Part shown: positions 1 to 10,789 of the stretch, one piece after another
How positions within the stretch are numbered: the first letter of the stretch is position 1
How the letters are laid out: the number at the start of each line of letters is the position of its first letter
Assembly (NCBI GenBank): GCA_049999805.1
Contig: JBNGIO010006445.1
Span: 1-38,593 of the forward strand
Origin: Folioceros fuciformis
Taxonomy: Eukaryota
DNA length: 38,593 nt
Direction: 5' to 3'
Program-made: the position numbers and the translations under genes
Notes under the pieces: model-generated
What the model was told of the DNA's origin: nothing
Seen by the model: only the letters and a program-made list of their open reading frames with translations
Databases searched by the model: none

Positions 1-94
1 TTCTTCTTCTTGTCCTTCTCCCTCACTCTCTCCTTCTCTTTCTTGGATCTCCCTTTGCCCCACGGATGAGACTCCTCATAATTGAGGGCTGCTC

Positions 95-682
95 TTATAG
101 CCCTGTCCACATCTTTTCTGCGAACAATTTCACATGGCCCCCCATCCTCGATCCTAAGCCTCCAGCGAACCACCTAATGGCTTGTAAGTCTGAATGAGGT
201 CCACAGCAATCCCGCAGGCTGTGGAACCTCTCCACATAGGCCTGCAAGGTCTCCTTCCTCCTCCTCCTCAAGGCCTCCAGCTTGGACAGCACATAGCCCT
301 CTACGTCTATCCCCCTGAACCGCTCACAAAAGGCCCTCTTCAACGCATCAAAAGTTGCTGGAAATGTGCCAACCTTGAGGTACTCTCTCCTGTACCACTT
401 GGCAGGCCCTCCACGCAGTACACCATAGAACAATTGGATGCGCTGTGCATCCGCTGATTCTTGGTTAGCAAGGGTCAGCTGCTCAAACCTCTCCACAAAT
501 TCATCCGGGTCCTCATAACCCTTCTTCTCCTCATACAAGGGGTACAACTGCTTGGTGGACATTGCAACAGCTGGGGCCGCCATGGTGCCTGCACTCACCA
601 CTGCAGTTGCGGATCCAGCAGCTCCAACAACTGGAGTTGGGCTGATGTTGCTGAATCCTTCAGCCCCTGCACTCCTAATCAC
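95..682 (-). pseudogene. Ty3/Gypsy gag (retrotransposon gag capsid domain), degenerate
   Basis: EDPDEFVERFE...LRGGPAKWY...TFDALKRAFCERF...ETLQAYVERF...WFAGGL pattern; upstream frame (to ~980) is broken by stops. Confidence 0.8.
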
Positions 683-1054
683 CTACACCAGTCTAGGATG
701 AAGACCAAGGAGCAGACTTGGATTAGGTTGCCCTGGATTAGTCCTCCCCCCAATAGCTGAAAGTTGAGGGTCTTGTTCCAACGTGATTGATTCCCCCAAG
801 ATCTGCTGGTTGCTTGCCCCTCTCCTCCTCCTCTCTAGTGTATGCCCTGGCTATGCCCTCCTTAGCTCCCTCTCCACTGCTCTTTGCTCACGCTCCAATA
901 CTTGCTGCTGCCTCCTTACTTGAGCTTGAGCTCCCCTTCAAAGCTAGAGTTGAAATCTTCAGCTCCTATGCGGGGCATCCATCAACCCTGCCACATTCCC
1001 TTGTACAGTCCCCTATCTAGATTAGTCCTCTCCAAACCTTGACAACAATGTCAC

Positions 1055-1072
1055 TCCCCAGCAACGGCGCCA
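1055..1072 (-). other. Primer binding site, tRNA-Asp type (TGGCGCCGTTGCTGGGGA)
   Basis: One mismatch to the classic Athila PBS TGGCGCCGTTGCCGGGGA, positioned next to the LTR CA end. Confidence 0.9.
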
Positions 1073-1075
1073 AAA

Positions 1076-2353
1076 TGTGGAGTGATTTCTTACACACCCA
1101 AGAACCACCAAGGGGCCACACTTCTCCTTATTATCGTTGCAGTCTTATGATTCGCTTCCAATGGAGTAAACTAATGTCAAGGTTACCTACATCCCCCTAA
1201 TCTCACCCTATTTATTAGCATATACCAAGTGCTACAGCAAAAGATCAGAATTCTCGATCCTATCTTCAGCTCCTACCACAACACCAACCCTAGCCTCAAC
1301 AAAATGAGAACTCCAGCATTGTCTTCAACCATCGTTTCCAGCTCCAAGTATCAATCGCTTCAGTGCTGAGAGGAGGCTCTAGCCCCAAGTCTGGCCTCCA
1401 ACTCTCAGCACCTAGTGTTAGCTACCTCCGCAGTTGAACGAGAACCTCAACTTCAGCTAGCTCCTCACTCCAGCTTCAACAGTTCATTCCACCACTTCAG
1501 CACTTCACCCCCAGCATTTCAGTCCTTCACTTCAGCTCAACTCCTCACTTCAACACTTCCACTTTCAAAATCTGCAACTCAACCCTTCTCTCCTGCAATT
1601 TGGAACACAACAGCCTTCCCTCTTGCAGCCTTCAAGGCAGAGTCGAGGCCTAGGGCTGGGTAGCCTCCTTGGCTCATGGCCATGCAACCTCACCTCAGCC
1701 AGCATGCAAGGTGGTCAGCCATTGCGGATTCGGCCACACGAATCTTGGCAGTCTTGGGATCCTCCACGTTCCCCTAGTGGCAAGGGAAATCAGGACCTTG
1801 GTTTAGTCTCAACCAGCTCAGCGCCCTAAGCCAGGAGTTCTGCACCCAAGGTCCAGGGAAATCGCACCGTAGACAGCCCCCTCCTCAATGGCAGGTCTAG
1901 CCTCTTATACTACCTTGGCCCAAACCTTCATCTCTATCTATTAGGGTTAGCCTTAGTCAACCACCCAACAATCTCTCTCTGACCTAAGCTGCCCCTAATT
2001 CTGACCTAAAACTAACTTTGACCTAACCCTAACTTTGACCCAAACCTAGTTCTGACCTAATAGGGGTTGTGTCCCATGGACACCATTGGATGCCCTTACC
2101 AAAATTGACCAACCTCTCAAGACTACCAAAATGGTTAGTGCCTCTCAACACTCTCTCCCTCCTCTCTCAAATCATTCCATCCCTTCTCTCAGATCATTCC
2201 AGCAACCCTTCAAAGACGCGTCTCGCCTCACCATTAATCTAGCTACTAATCTAACTTAATCTTTTAACCATTTCACCACAGGGTTCACTTAGAGATTCCC
2301 AAAAAGAGAAATCCTATCATTTTCAAGGACCTATTCAGCATGTGGAGTCCACA
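1076..2353 (-). repeat. 5' LTR of the Athila-like element (~1278 bp)
   Basis: Terminal inverted repeat tgtgga/tccaca; abuts the PBS on one side and the interrupted Copia frame on the other; U5 end is homologous to 16146-16250 and 27940-28042. Confidence 0.8.
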
Positions 2354-4098
2354 ATGTGCTATGCGTCATTTATGTCCAATCCAGCGTTCAAAGGGAGTAT
2401 AAGTAAAGAGTGGTTTCACTGGTAATCTATTGTGAACATAATTAACTGCAGCAACTGATTTTGCCCAATACCCACGGGTAAGTGATGCAGCTGATAAATT
2501 AGCTTTGCAGCATTCTTGTAAAGTGCGATTATATCGCTTAGCATATGAATTGTGTGCAGGGTGATATGGTATGGTCAATTGGTGGATCACTCCCTTCTGC
2601 CTGCAATATGCCTGTAAATCGTGGCTAAGGTACTCCTGTGCATTGTCACTTCTGAGTTTCTTCAACTTACAGCCTGTTTGAGTCTCAGCCATATGCACAT
2701 AGTCTAAAAATTTCTCATAAACTTGAGATCTGTGATGCAGAAAGTAGAGATGGCAAAAATGGCTCAATTCATCTAAAAACAATAGGAAATAAAATGCCCC
2801 ACCAAAAGACGTTGTAGACATTGGGCCACATATATTACTGTGTACCACATCCAACAGTCCGAGAGCCTTGGTTGGTTCAGGGTCATTATAAGGCTTTTGT
2901 GCCATCTTCCGAATCTGACAATCCTCGCAGAACAGGTATTCCTGAACTTTAAAGGTGATAGGATCCTTGTACAACTCTAGTTTATTAACAACTTGACGTA
3001 TATAACTTGTGCTTGGATGGCAAAGACGGTTGTGCCAGAGGAATGTATGGTCGACATCAACTTTTGCATCAGTGATGAGGTTGTATGCATAATTAGCCGT
3101 AACGTCGAATTGATACAAGTCATTGTAAGTTACTCCTTCACCAAGGATCGCTGAAGGATTGTTAACATAAGTGACTATACAGCTTATAGGAGTAAAACAT
3201 ACTCGCAGATCATGGTCCATAAACAGCTTTCTTACTGACAATAAGTTTTTCTTCATGCTAGGCACATGCAGAACACCAAGTAATGTGATATGTTTCCCTC
3301 CTTTCATGGGAAAAACAACATCACCATAGCCAACAATGGCCAATCCACTATCGTCCCCGAGGAGCACAAACTGACTGGTTGGTGCTAATTTATAAGTGGA
3401 GAATTTGTCTTGGGATACACAGATGTGATTTGTCACCCCTGAATCCAAAAACCACATGTTAATGTCGGCTTGAGTGAGGGAAAGACATACCGCTAGAATA
3501 GTTGGCGGTTTGTGTGCTGCTTGTGTAGGACTATTCTGTCCTTTTGTCACCACATGTGTTTCAGCGCCTGGTGGTGCCTCTCGGCGTGGCTCTCTAGCCC
3601 GCTTCTTCCGGCACTCATTCTCGAAATGTCCAGGAAGGCTGCAATCTTGGCACGAAGAGCTCAAAATTTGTGTAGGTAAGTTTCAACAATGTCCCTCTCC
3701 TTCATATGAAGGTTGTAGAGTTGTCTAGTCGCGTTGATAAGCGACATTCCATCTTTTGCTGCGAACATGTCCTTAAACAACTGCCATATGCTTGCAGAGG
3801 TGGTCTGCCCTTGTGTGTGTTGTATCATGTTTTTATCGAGAGCATAAATAATTAAGCAGCGTGCTCTCTTATCAAGCTTCAGCCAAGCCTGGATTTCAGC
3901 ATATGTTCCTTTAGGGGTTAACAGTGCTGGATTTGTAGCTGTACCAGTCCCAACGTCAAGGAGATCATATTCTTCTAAGATGGCCTCCATACGACGCTCC
4001 CAAATTGGGTAATCTATCCCGTTGAATCTGTCTTTATCTTTAATGTCAATTTTAATTGTATTAAATAGAGTTGTGCTGGTGGGATTGCTAGTTCCCAT
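2354..4098 (-). pseudogene. Copia gag-pol relic (gag, Zn knuckle, protease, GAG-pre-integrase, integrase)
   Basis: KDRFNG..WERRM gag; CxxxGHxxxEC knuckle; WFLDSG protease; LWHNRLCH; integrase with D->N (VHSNICGP) and E->K (NSYAKR); stops at 3661 and 2366; about 120 gag codons deleted near 3645. Confidence 0.9.
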
Positions 4099-4147
4099 GA
4101 ATAAGGTTTTGGGAGGAGTGAAAAAAGGGCAAGGTGTTCTTGGATAC

Positions 4148-4708
4148 CTATGTGGAGGTGACCACATACAGCTGTTGATAGGTGCTGTAGGAACCTACTG
4201 TATCAAAAAAAAAGAGAGTGGAGGAGTCAAAGTCCTGACCAAACATCTTTGCTAAAGACCCTAAAATTTGCTCAATTGGTTCAGGTACTATCATCAAAAC
4301 GAAGGATGGATCACAATGGGAAACATCACAACTCGAGATCCTCGAATTGGATTTAAAACCCGAAGAGAGTGAGAAATCTGTGAATTGCTCTATTAGCAAA
4401 GTGGCTTGTGACAATTTCTTGTGCAAAACACCTATTTGTTTCTGTAATTGCATGTGGTTCCTTTTGTAGATTTGTTGTGTGACACGTGCTTGGTCTTTAA
4501 GTATCGCCACTGAAGATATCAAGTGCTTAATTGCTATGTGGTCCTGGGGACAGGTGAGATGTTGCAGGGGCAAAGGACGACGAAGGAAAGGCGGATCTAC
4601 TACATGCTGGGCATAGCAAATATTACAAAAAAAACAGGGCTGATGTTGAGAAAGTAGGTCTTGATCTCCACTGAATTTATTTCCATTTCGATTCCTATTC
4701 CGTGTCAT
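4148..4708 (-). CDS. ORF0: extra ORF between PBS and gag (Arg-rich start, FxCxxC...HxxCPxDHI, coiled coil)
   Basis: 186-aa ORF in the element's sense orientation; motif shared with 13147-13467 and more weakly with 21312-21905. Confidence 0.55.
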   Translation of the reverse strand: MTRNRNRNGNKFSGDQDLLSQHQPCFFCNICYAQHVVDPPFLRRPLPLQHLTCPQDHIAIKHLISSVAILKDQARVTQQIYKRNHMQLQKQIGVLHKKLSQATLLIEQFTDFSLSSGFKSNSRISSCDVSHCDPSFVLMIVPEPIEQILGSLAKMFGQDFDSSTLFFFDTVGSYSTYQQLYVVTST

Positions 4709-4827
4709 GGTGCCGATCCACTTATCGTTTGTGCCTTTGACTGCACTCCCATCTGCTTAGGGCCTACCAATATTGTTTGAGCAGATCAAGATAAAGTCTC
4801 TTCTCCTCCTCCTGCCAGGGAAAACTA

Positions 4828-4954
4828 GAGGGTGGTACTGTCCACACTAGACGGAGGGTGGTACTGTCCACACTAGACGGAGGGTGGTACTGTCCACACT
4901 GGGCGGAGGGTGGTACTGTCCACACTGGGCGGAGGGTGGTACTGTCCACACTGG
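4828..4954. repeat. 26-bp tandem repeat, ~5 copies, in the Copia-1 5' UTR
   Basis: gagggtggtactgtccacact(a/g)g(a/g)cg starting at 4828, 4854, 4880, 4906 and 4932. Confidence 0.95.
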
Positions 4955-4984
4955 AACATGCTGCAACATCCTTCATGCTGCAAA

Positions 4985-4996
4985 GCTCTGATACCG
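4985..4996 (-). other. PBS, tRNA-iMet type (CGGTATCAGAGC; one mismatch)
   Basis: Matches TGGTATCAGAGC at 11/12. Confidence 0.85.
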
Positions 4997-4999
4997 TTT

Positions 5000-5223
5000 T
5001 GTATCTATGCCATCGCTTACCCATACTACTAGCAGCACTTGAACAAAGAACACACACATGCGCATATCGTAGAATTGTAGAATAGAATTTTTGGGTTCAG
5101 GAAAAAAACATATAAACAAAAGGTGGGAGTGTATAACCGTTTTTCTAACCTAATTCCTAATTAAATGATATTTAATTAATAGTTACGAGTTAGTGTCTGA
5201 AAATTGAAAACACTACTCCAATA
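5000..5223 (-). repeat. Putative 5' LTR of Copia-1 (~224 bp)
   Basis: Follows the PBS; distal end tactccaata matches the tattctaata end of the Copia-2 LTRs at 8/10; no second copy in the window, so boundaries are approximate. Confidence 0.55.
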
Positions 5224-6331
5224 ACCATCTTGCAGTCCTCTACAATAGTAAGTCATATCCTGGCCCTCCTCCTCTAGATTTTCCACACCAAAACTTCACG
5301 CTCACTTGTGGCTCAACAAGAACTTGCCCAACTAGAAGTGCTCGAGCAAGGGGTTCTCCTCTACTTTAGTGTCCAGGGAACCCATGGTTGTCCAATGGAA
5401 GCATGTGCTCGAGCTGGCCTTGCTCCGCAATAAAGCCATTCTATGCTTCCAAGCAGCGGTTGGAAACTCTCCTCTCTTCGTGTCCATTTTTTTTGCCTGT
5501 TTGCAGGACTGGATGGTCGCAAAGCATGGCAGGACTTTGTGTCGCTTTGTTATAACCTCATTCTTGTAACTGCTTTGTTTGTTGACGAAGGTGAAGTTTG
5601 GGCTTCCGCATCTAGCACCGAGTAGATTGTGTGAGTCGGGCATGAAATCAAAATAACCTGTAAGATTATAGGCGTGCGAAACAACATCATCAGGTAGCTG
5701 CATCGAACAAGATGCCCGTGGCACAAACTCATCGGAGGCTGAGCCACCCCAAGCAAGATACTGACCGACTTGTGGCGCTGACAGCAAAGCTTTTAGCATC
5801 AGTTTCCCTGGATCATCTTGGAGTACACTTGGATCTGCCTCTCATTTCCTACTGGAACTCTTGTCATTGATGATGCTCGGAGGAGAAGACTAGAGTGTCG
5901 TGAATGAGGAGCCCGTCCGAAAGTTGTTGGACCGCAAGGACGGGGGTGGGTAGCTTTTCCCCCTGGAGTGGGGCGCCCAATGCAACGCTTCCTGTGGTGG
6001 GTCTCACTTTACCATGGGCTGATTCGCGTGCGATCTCGTGTCCGACCTTCCACCTCCTTCAATTCCGGACAAGAGCAACAAAATTTGAAGAAGCACCCGG
6101 GCCCCAATGCATGTTGGCTGTAGGTCGCGAACGTATGTAATAAGAGTTTGGCAAGTATCTTGAGCAAAGTTCCCGCAAAACGCACCCGAATCGCGACTCG
6201 CTCATCTGCTGCTCACCAGCTGAACTCCATCGTCAATTTCCTGCTTCGCACTGGCTGTGCGAAATTTGAAAACACATGTCATGTTGCGCCTGAGATACAG
6301 GCCTGCTGGTCTCTCCGGAGCTGCGGACGCC

Positions 6332-6376
6332 CTGTTTCTGACGCCCTAGGGAGAGACCCTAGGGCGTCAGAAACAG
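6332..6376. repeat. Perfect 20-bp inverted repeat with 5-nt loop
   Basis: ctgtttctgacgccctaggg-agaga-ccctagggcgtcagaaacag. Confidence 0.95.
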
Positions 6377-6678
6377 ATGGAAAGCGATCTACAGCTGTCG
6401 CGCGCTAGGCTCTTGGCCGTTGGGCGTCGGAAAAAGATGCAAAGGGGGCTAAAGCTGCAACTCGCTTTCCATCTTCATCGGATTCCCCTTTCCCCATCCC
6501 CTCCGTACCTCCCTGTCCGACCGTTCGCACACAAGAAGGGACCTGACAGAGGGTTTCGGGTTCAACCTCGCAACCCGATCCCGGTCATGGGAGGAGCCCT
6601 TCAAATGCCCGCCCAAGCAGGCCCCACGCAACAACGCCCTCTCTCGAACTTGGCCTTCTGCAGTGCACGAAATCGAAA

Positions 6679-7188
6679 ATGGCCGGGTACAAGCAGCTCG
6701 CCGCAGCCCTGTTCATGCTGGCAGCGCTAGCCTGCGTGGCCGAAGCCAGCAGCTGGAGGCACACCGGATCCGACGGCATCACCATCCTGTCCTTTGTGGA
6801 GACAGCTGCCCAGGCGGACCGAGAGGTGTTCCTCCCTAATCCCATCCCCGGCAAGACCGACCCGAAGTTCGGCCAAGGCGGGGTGTACAACGCCGGCGTA
6901 CTCGTCAGGGGCAAGGAGGTGGGCCGCTCCACCGGCTTCTACTGATACGACTCCGTCTCTGGCGGCGTCCTCCAGTACGTCTTCACCCTCACCTTCACCA
7001 AAGGCTTCTACAAGGGCAGCTCCCTCACCCTCGGCGGCCGCCTCGTCTCCAGCATATCCATGGACGAGTTCCCCGTCACAGGCGGCACCGGCGTCTTCAA
7101 ATTCGTCACAGGATCGGCCATGTATACCACTCTCCCGACTGGCGCCTACGATGTCGTGGTCACCCTCAAAGGTGTCCTCCCCGGCTGA
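6679..7188 (+). pseudogene. Secreted dirigent-like (dirigent/allene-oxide-cyclase fold) protein, 169 codons, with one in-frame TGA at 6943-6945
   Basis: Signal-peptide-like N-terminus; VGRSTGFY, KGSSLTL and EFPVTGGTGVFKFVTG motifs; frame continues past the TGA to the stop at 7186-7188; high GC3; intronless. Confidence 0.75.
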
Positions 7189-7520
7189 AGCATTGGCAGT
7201 GAAGCTCGCTGAAAGCAGAGGATCACGCTCCTTTCTCAAAGTCTGTGGCCCACCCACAACCTTGTCTCATTTGTTTCACGCTCCACCACTTGTTGTTGCT
7301 AAAGGCAACGTGATATCCAGGGTAGGACAGTCACAGTGTGATCATTTTTGGGTAGGATAGTCACTGGACAACCGAATCACATGGTTGATGAGAGGTCAAT
7401 GCGGACTAATTTTGCTACTTAACACCTTACTCCTAGCTACTTCTCATGCTTCCCTTAAAGGATCCATCTAGGTGTGAATCTAGTATACTTAATCCTAGAA
7501 TTCTTATAAACTTGTGTTTC

Positions 7521-7560
7521 TTAGGTCTACACAAAATGTATTAGGTCTACACAAAATGTA
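7521..7560. repeat. 20-bp direct tandem duplication
   Basis: ttaggtctacacaaaatgta x2. Confidence 0.95.
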
Positions 7561-7826
7561 CAACTCTAGGAACATAAGGTAGAGTAGAATTGGGCTCTCT
7601 TTTGTGTTGAGATCTCCTTCCAAAGTCATTATCTCTTATCTTCACTACAAGCATATGAGTGATGCAAGCCCAAACTTCATGTCATATTCTAAATAACAAA
7701 TGCAACACCAACATCACCACCACTAATCTCCTAGTCCGTCCAAGAACCACTTTGTTCAACACAACAAAGAATTAAATTATATAATTTAGTACATCTGGAA
7801 GATAACAAAATGAGAGGGATACACGT

Positions 7827-8417
7827 TTATTGGTGGATAATAACATCCACAAGATGTGGATCTAGGGACACTAATACTTTACCTATGTCAAGGCTCAACC
7901 TATCTAAGGGACAGGTCATGGAAGAAGTGAACCATTCATCAATACACCCACGATGGAAAGTATGACAACATTCAGGAAGTCTTCTAACTTCTTGTCCCTC
8001 GTCCAATGAATTAAGACATATAGAACATTCTTCATTACTCTCCCCAACTTTCTTATAAAAAGTGAATCGAATAGTTTGCTCCAACTTTATCACATCTAGT
8101 TGCTCTTGTCCGCGTTGTGCTTGATGAACCCGCTGACCGGGTACTTCCCTATGCCTGTTAGTTATTCGCAATTGCCTTGGTTGTGTGTGATCGATTGGCT
8201 GACCAAATACATCTCTTGGCCTATTAAGTATCTCCCTCTCATTAACATGGTGTAATGATACGAGTCTCTCTTGACATCTATGCTTTAACCATTTCATGAA
8301 ACCTAACATAAAACCAATGATTACCATAAGGCACATACATGCAGCCAATTCGGGTAATCCAAATAATCTAGGGCCGTCATAATATTCAGTGATGTATTGG
8401 CCAAGTGTTGAAGACAT
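7827..8417 (-). CDS. ATL-like transmembrane RING-H2 E3 ubiquitin ligase (196 aa)
   Basis: N-terminal hydrophobic helix; CSICL...CCHTFHRGCIDEWF...TCPLD; ATG context ttacaATG shared with the paralog; intronless. Confidence 0.85.
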   Translation of the reverse strand: MSSTLGQYITEYYDGPRLFGLPELAACMCLMVIIGFMLGFMKWLKHRCQERLVSLHHVNEREILNRPRDVFGQPIDHTQPRQLRITNRHREVPGQRVHQAQRGQEQLDVIKLEQTIRFTFYKKVGESNEECSICLNSLDEGQEVRRLPECCHTFHRGCIDEWFTSSMTCPLDRLSLDIGKVLVSLDPHLVDVIIHQ

Positions 8418-9272
8418 TGTAATTTGAAAAAACAAGTGTACAGTCTCTGAAACCAAAAACCAATGTATCCTTGATTCTCCTAAAGTTGAAAAGAGTACTG
8501 ACTACAAAGTAGTAGATAGCAAACAAAGAGGTTATCAATGTGTTTGTTTCGAAATATCTATATCATGGATATCATGTATTGCATACATGTATAGATTGCT
8601 AGAAATTGTTTTCGAGACTTTTATTTACCAAACATTATCCTTAACTAGAAAGACCCTTTGCAATATGAGCTACTACCTAATGCAAACCTCGAGTGATCAG
8701 AGCCAAATTTATAAAGACTTGTGGCTGTACATGCATATATAGACCCTTGGAAGAATTGGATGATACTTGGACCACGAAGATTGTAAGAATATCATGATTC
8801 AGTAATTTAAAAAATTTACAATATTTTATAATTAAAATAAAGATAGATAGATTAAAATTGAGTGGTAACACACCATGAATCAAGGGATACAACTGACAAA
8901 CAAGTTAGTTTATCAACTTTGGATTTACGCTCACAAACAAAGACTTTATTGATAAACAAGATCCAACAGTCATCTGCCTCAAGAAAGAGGAAAACAAAAT
9001 TGTAAAAGCAACCAGGCGGGAAAGAACTGGTCCCAAAGGCTATAATTTGTATTCAAGCTATTTTTAAACTATTTTAACATAAAAATTAAATAGTGCTAGC
9101 ACTAACTTGTCTCTAAACAATCCAATCTACAACAAGTGACCATGAAGATTCATTTAAAAAACAAGATGAAAAAGTGGACCTCATTCGGATGCTAAACCCT
9201 ATTACGACAACAACAACATTGACTTTCTTGTTCCATTTTAAGAAGATTTTCAGACCCCAACAAAAGGATTAA

Positions 9273-9306
<34 letters not shown>
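9273..9306. repeat. (ATT)11 microsatellite
   Basis: Direct reading; lies in the 3' flank of the second RING gene. Confidence 0.95.
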
Positions 9307-9307
<1 letters not shown>

Positions 9308-9341
9308 ATTTTAAAAAATAATGCACATGAGGTATATATAG

Positions 9342-9794
9342 TTATGATTGGACAATAATTTCCAATGGAGCAGAACCTATGTTAGGACGTGACCTATCTA
9401 AGGGACAGGTCATTGAAGAAGAGAACCATTTATCAATACACGAACGATGGAAAGTATGACAACAGTCTTTAAGTTTTCTTACATCTTGTCCTTCCTCCAA
9501 CAGATCAAGACATATAGAACATTCTTCATCAGTTTCCACATCCTTCTTGTACAAGGTAAATGGAATATTTTCCTCCAATTTTGCCATGTCTAGTTCCTCT
9601 TCCTTAGGTCCAATGTTATACAAAAATTGACCACGTATTTCCCTTTGCCTATTAATGGGCTCATCATCGTGTGAACCAAACAATATGTGAAATATCCATC
9701 TGATAACTATCATGCAACATAGTAAAACATATATGAATAATATAACACAACTAAATACTACTAGTGGATGCAATCCAAATAAACTAATTGCCAT
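9342..9794 (-). CDS. ATL-like transmembrane RING-H2 E3 ubiquitin ligase (150 aa), tandem paralog
   Basis: TM helix; CSICL...CCHTFHRSCIDKWF...TCPLD; similar to 7827-8417 in the CDS and flanks. Confidence 0.85.
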   Translation of the reverse strand: MAISLFGLHPLVVFSCVILFIYVLLCCMIVIRWIFHILFGSHDDEPINRQREIRGQFLYNIGPKEEELDMAKLEENIPFTLYKKDVETDEECSICLDLLEEGQDVRKLKDCCHTFHRSCIDKWFSSSMTCPLDRSRPNIGSAPLEIIVQS

Positions 9795-10789
9795 TGTAAT
9801 ATGAAAATGAAAATAAAATTAATGTATCCTTCGTTTCATGAAATTGTTAAAGCTGATTAGCAGATGTTGTAGATAACCTAAGAAGATATCAGTGTAATTC
9901 CTTCATAGTATTCCTGTCATGGATGTGATAGAGTACTTGTGTGAATGGAGTTTAGGTTTTGACCGCTAGAAATTTTTGTCAAGACTTTTTATTTACCATG
10001 AATGTCCATATTTAAAGAGATGGAGTGCTTTGTTATACAATAGAATAAATAATTTTCTTTTAATATGGTTATGAACAAACAAGGTAAATATAACTTCAAG
10101 CCAAGAAGTCCTATTTTAGGCTCTGACAATTTATGCTCTCAAAGCACTCAATGATGTATAAAGCTAGAGTATACCTCACTTATGTTGAGGATTAGGCTCC
10201 CACACGTTATACTCTCAAAGTATTCAATGATGGTATGGAGCTAGACTAGACCCTCTTTTATACTAAGGTGGATGTTACTTTTGAAGTACCTACCTAAGTA
10301 AACTTTCCAAACTCTAACTCAAGTCTTGCAACCACTCACATAAAACTTTCCAATTTCATCCATGGGTATATGCCTCTTTTGGCAACTTCCCAACTAGAAC
10401 CATACTTAGAGGCCTTTGATGCAAGGCTCCTCATTTTAGTATGTCTCTCATACTCATGTGCCTACTAATTTGGTAGTTAAGTTATACTATAATATTTTAA
10501 CGTATAAATAAAAAATGTAAGTACTTAATGCTAAGGAAGTTATTAATTAACAAATTCTATGGAAGCCTTTCTCCTTTCCAGTGTGTGCACTATGTATTTG
10601 TGTGCACTATATATCAAGTGCATAGTCTTATAAATGCACTAGATAAGAAGCATAGTTTCAACCTTGTTCCTAATTATTGATGGGTAATGCCATCAATCAA
10701 GTAAGAATGAGTTCATAATACTTACCATTTTGCTTCATTGCAATTATTAGGTAACTCTTGCTAAGGTATTCTAGATTGTGGGCATTAGT

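Larger units (their letters stand above)
1..2353 (-). mobile_element. Ty3/Gypsy LTR retrotransposon, Athila-like; 5' portion (5' LTR, PBS, degenerate gag), continues beyond window start
   Basis: tRNA-Asp-type PBS 3 nt from an LTR end; retrotransposon-gag-like ORF downstream; LTR with TGTGGA...TCCACA termini; it interrupts a Copia integrase at 2354. Confidence 0.85.
2354..5223 (-). mobile_element. Ty1/Copia element 'Copia-1', 5' half (LTR, PBS, ORF0, gag, protease, integrase)
   Basis: PBS at 4985-4996; gag-PR-INT order; protein clearly similar to the element at 16546-22300. Confidence 0.9.

Noticed and set aside
5332-5799. 155-aa ORF and overlapping small ORFs
   Set aside because: No recognisable motif in any frame; cannot be supported without a search.
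6943-6945. TGA as selenocysteine or programmed readthrough
   Set aside because: Land plants lack the Sec machinery and the context is not a known readthrough motif; TGG->TGA is simpler.
6727-7360. ORFs 6727-7257 (-) and 6794-7360 (+)
   Set aside because: Shadow frames of the GC-rich dirigent-like coding sequence.
10131-10268. Diverged ~77-bp tandem duplication
   Set aside because: Real but degenerate, with no further structure or function evident.
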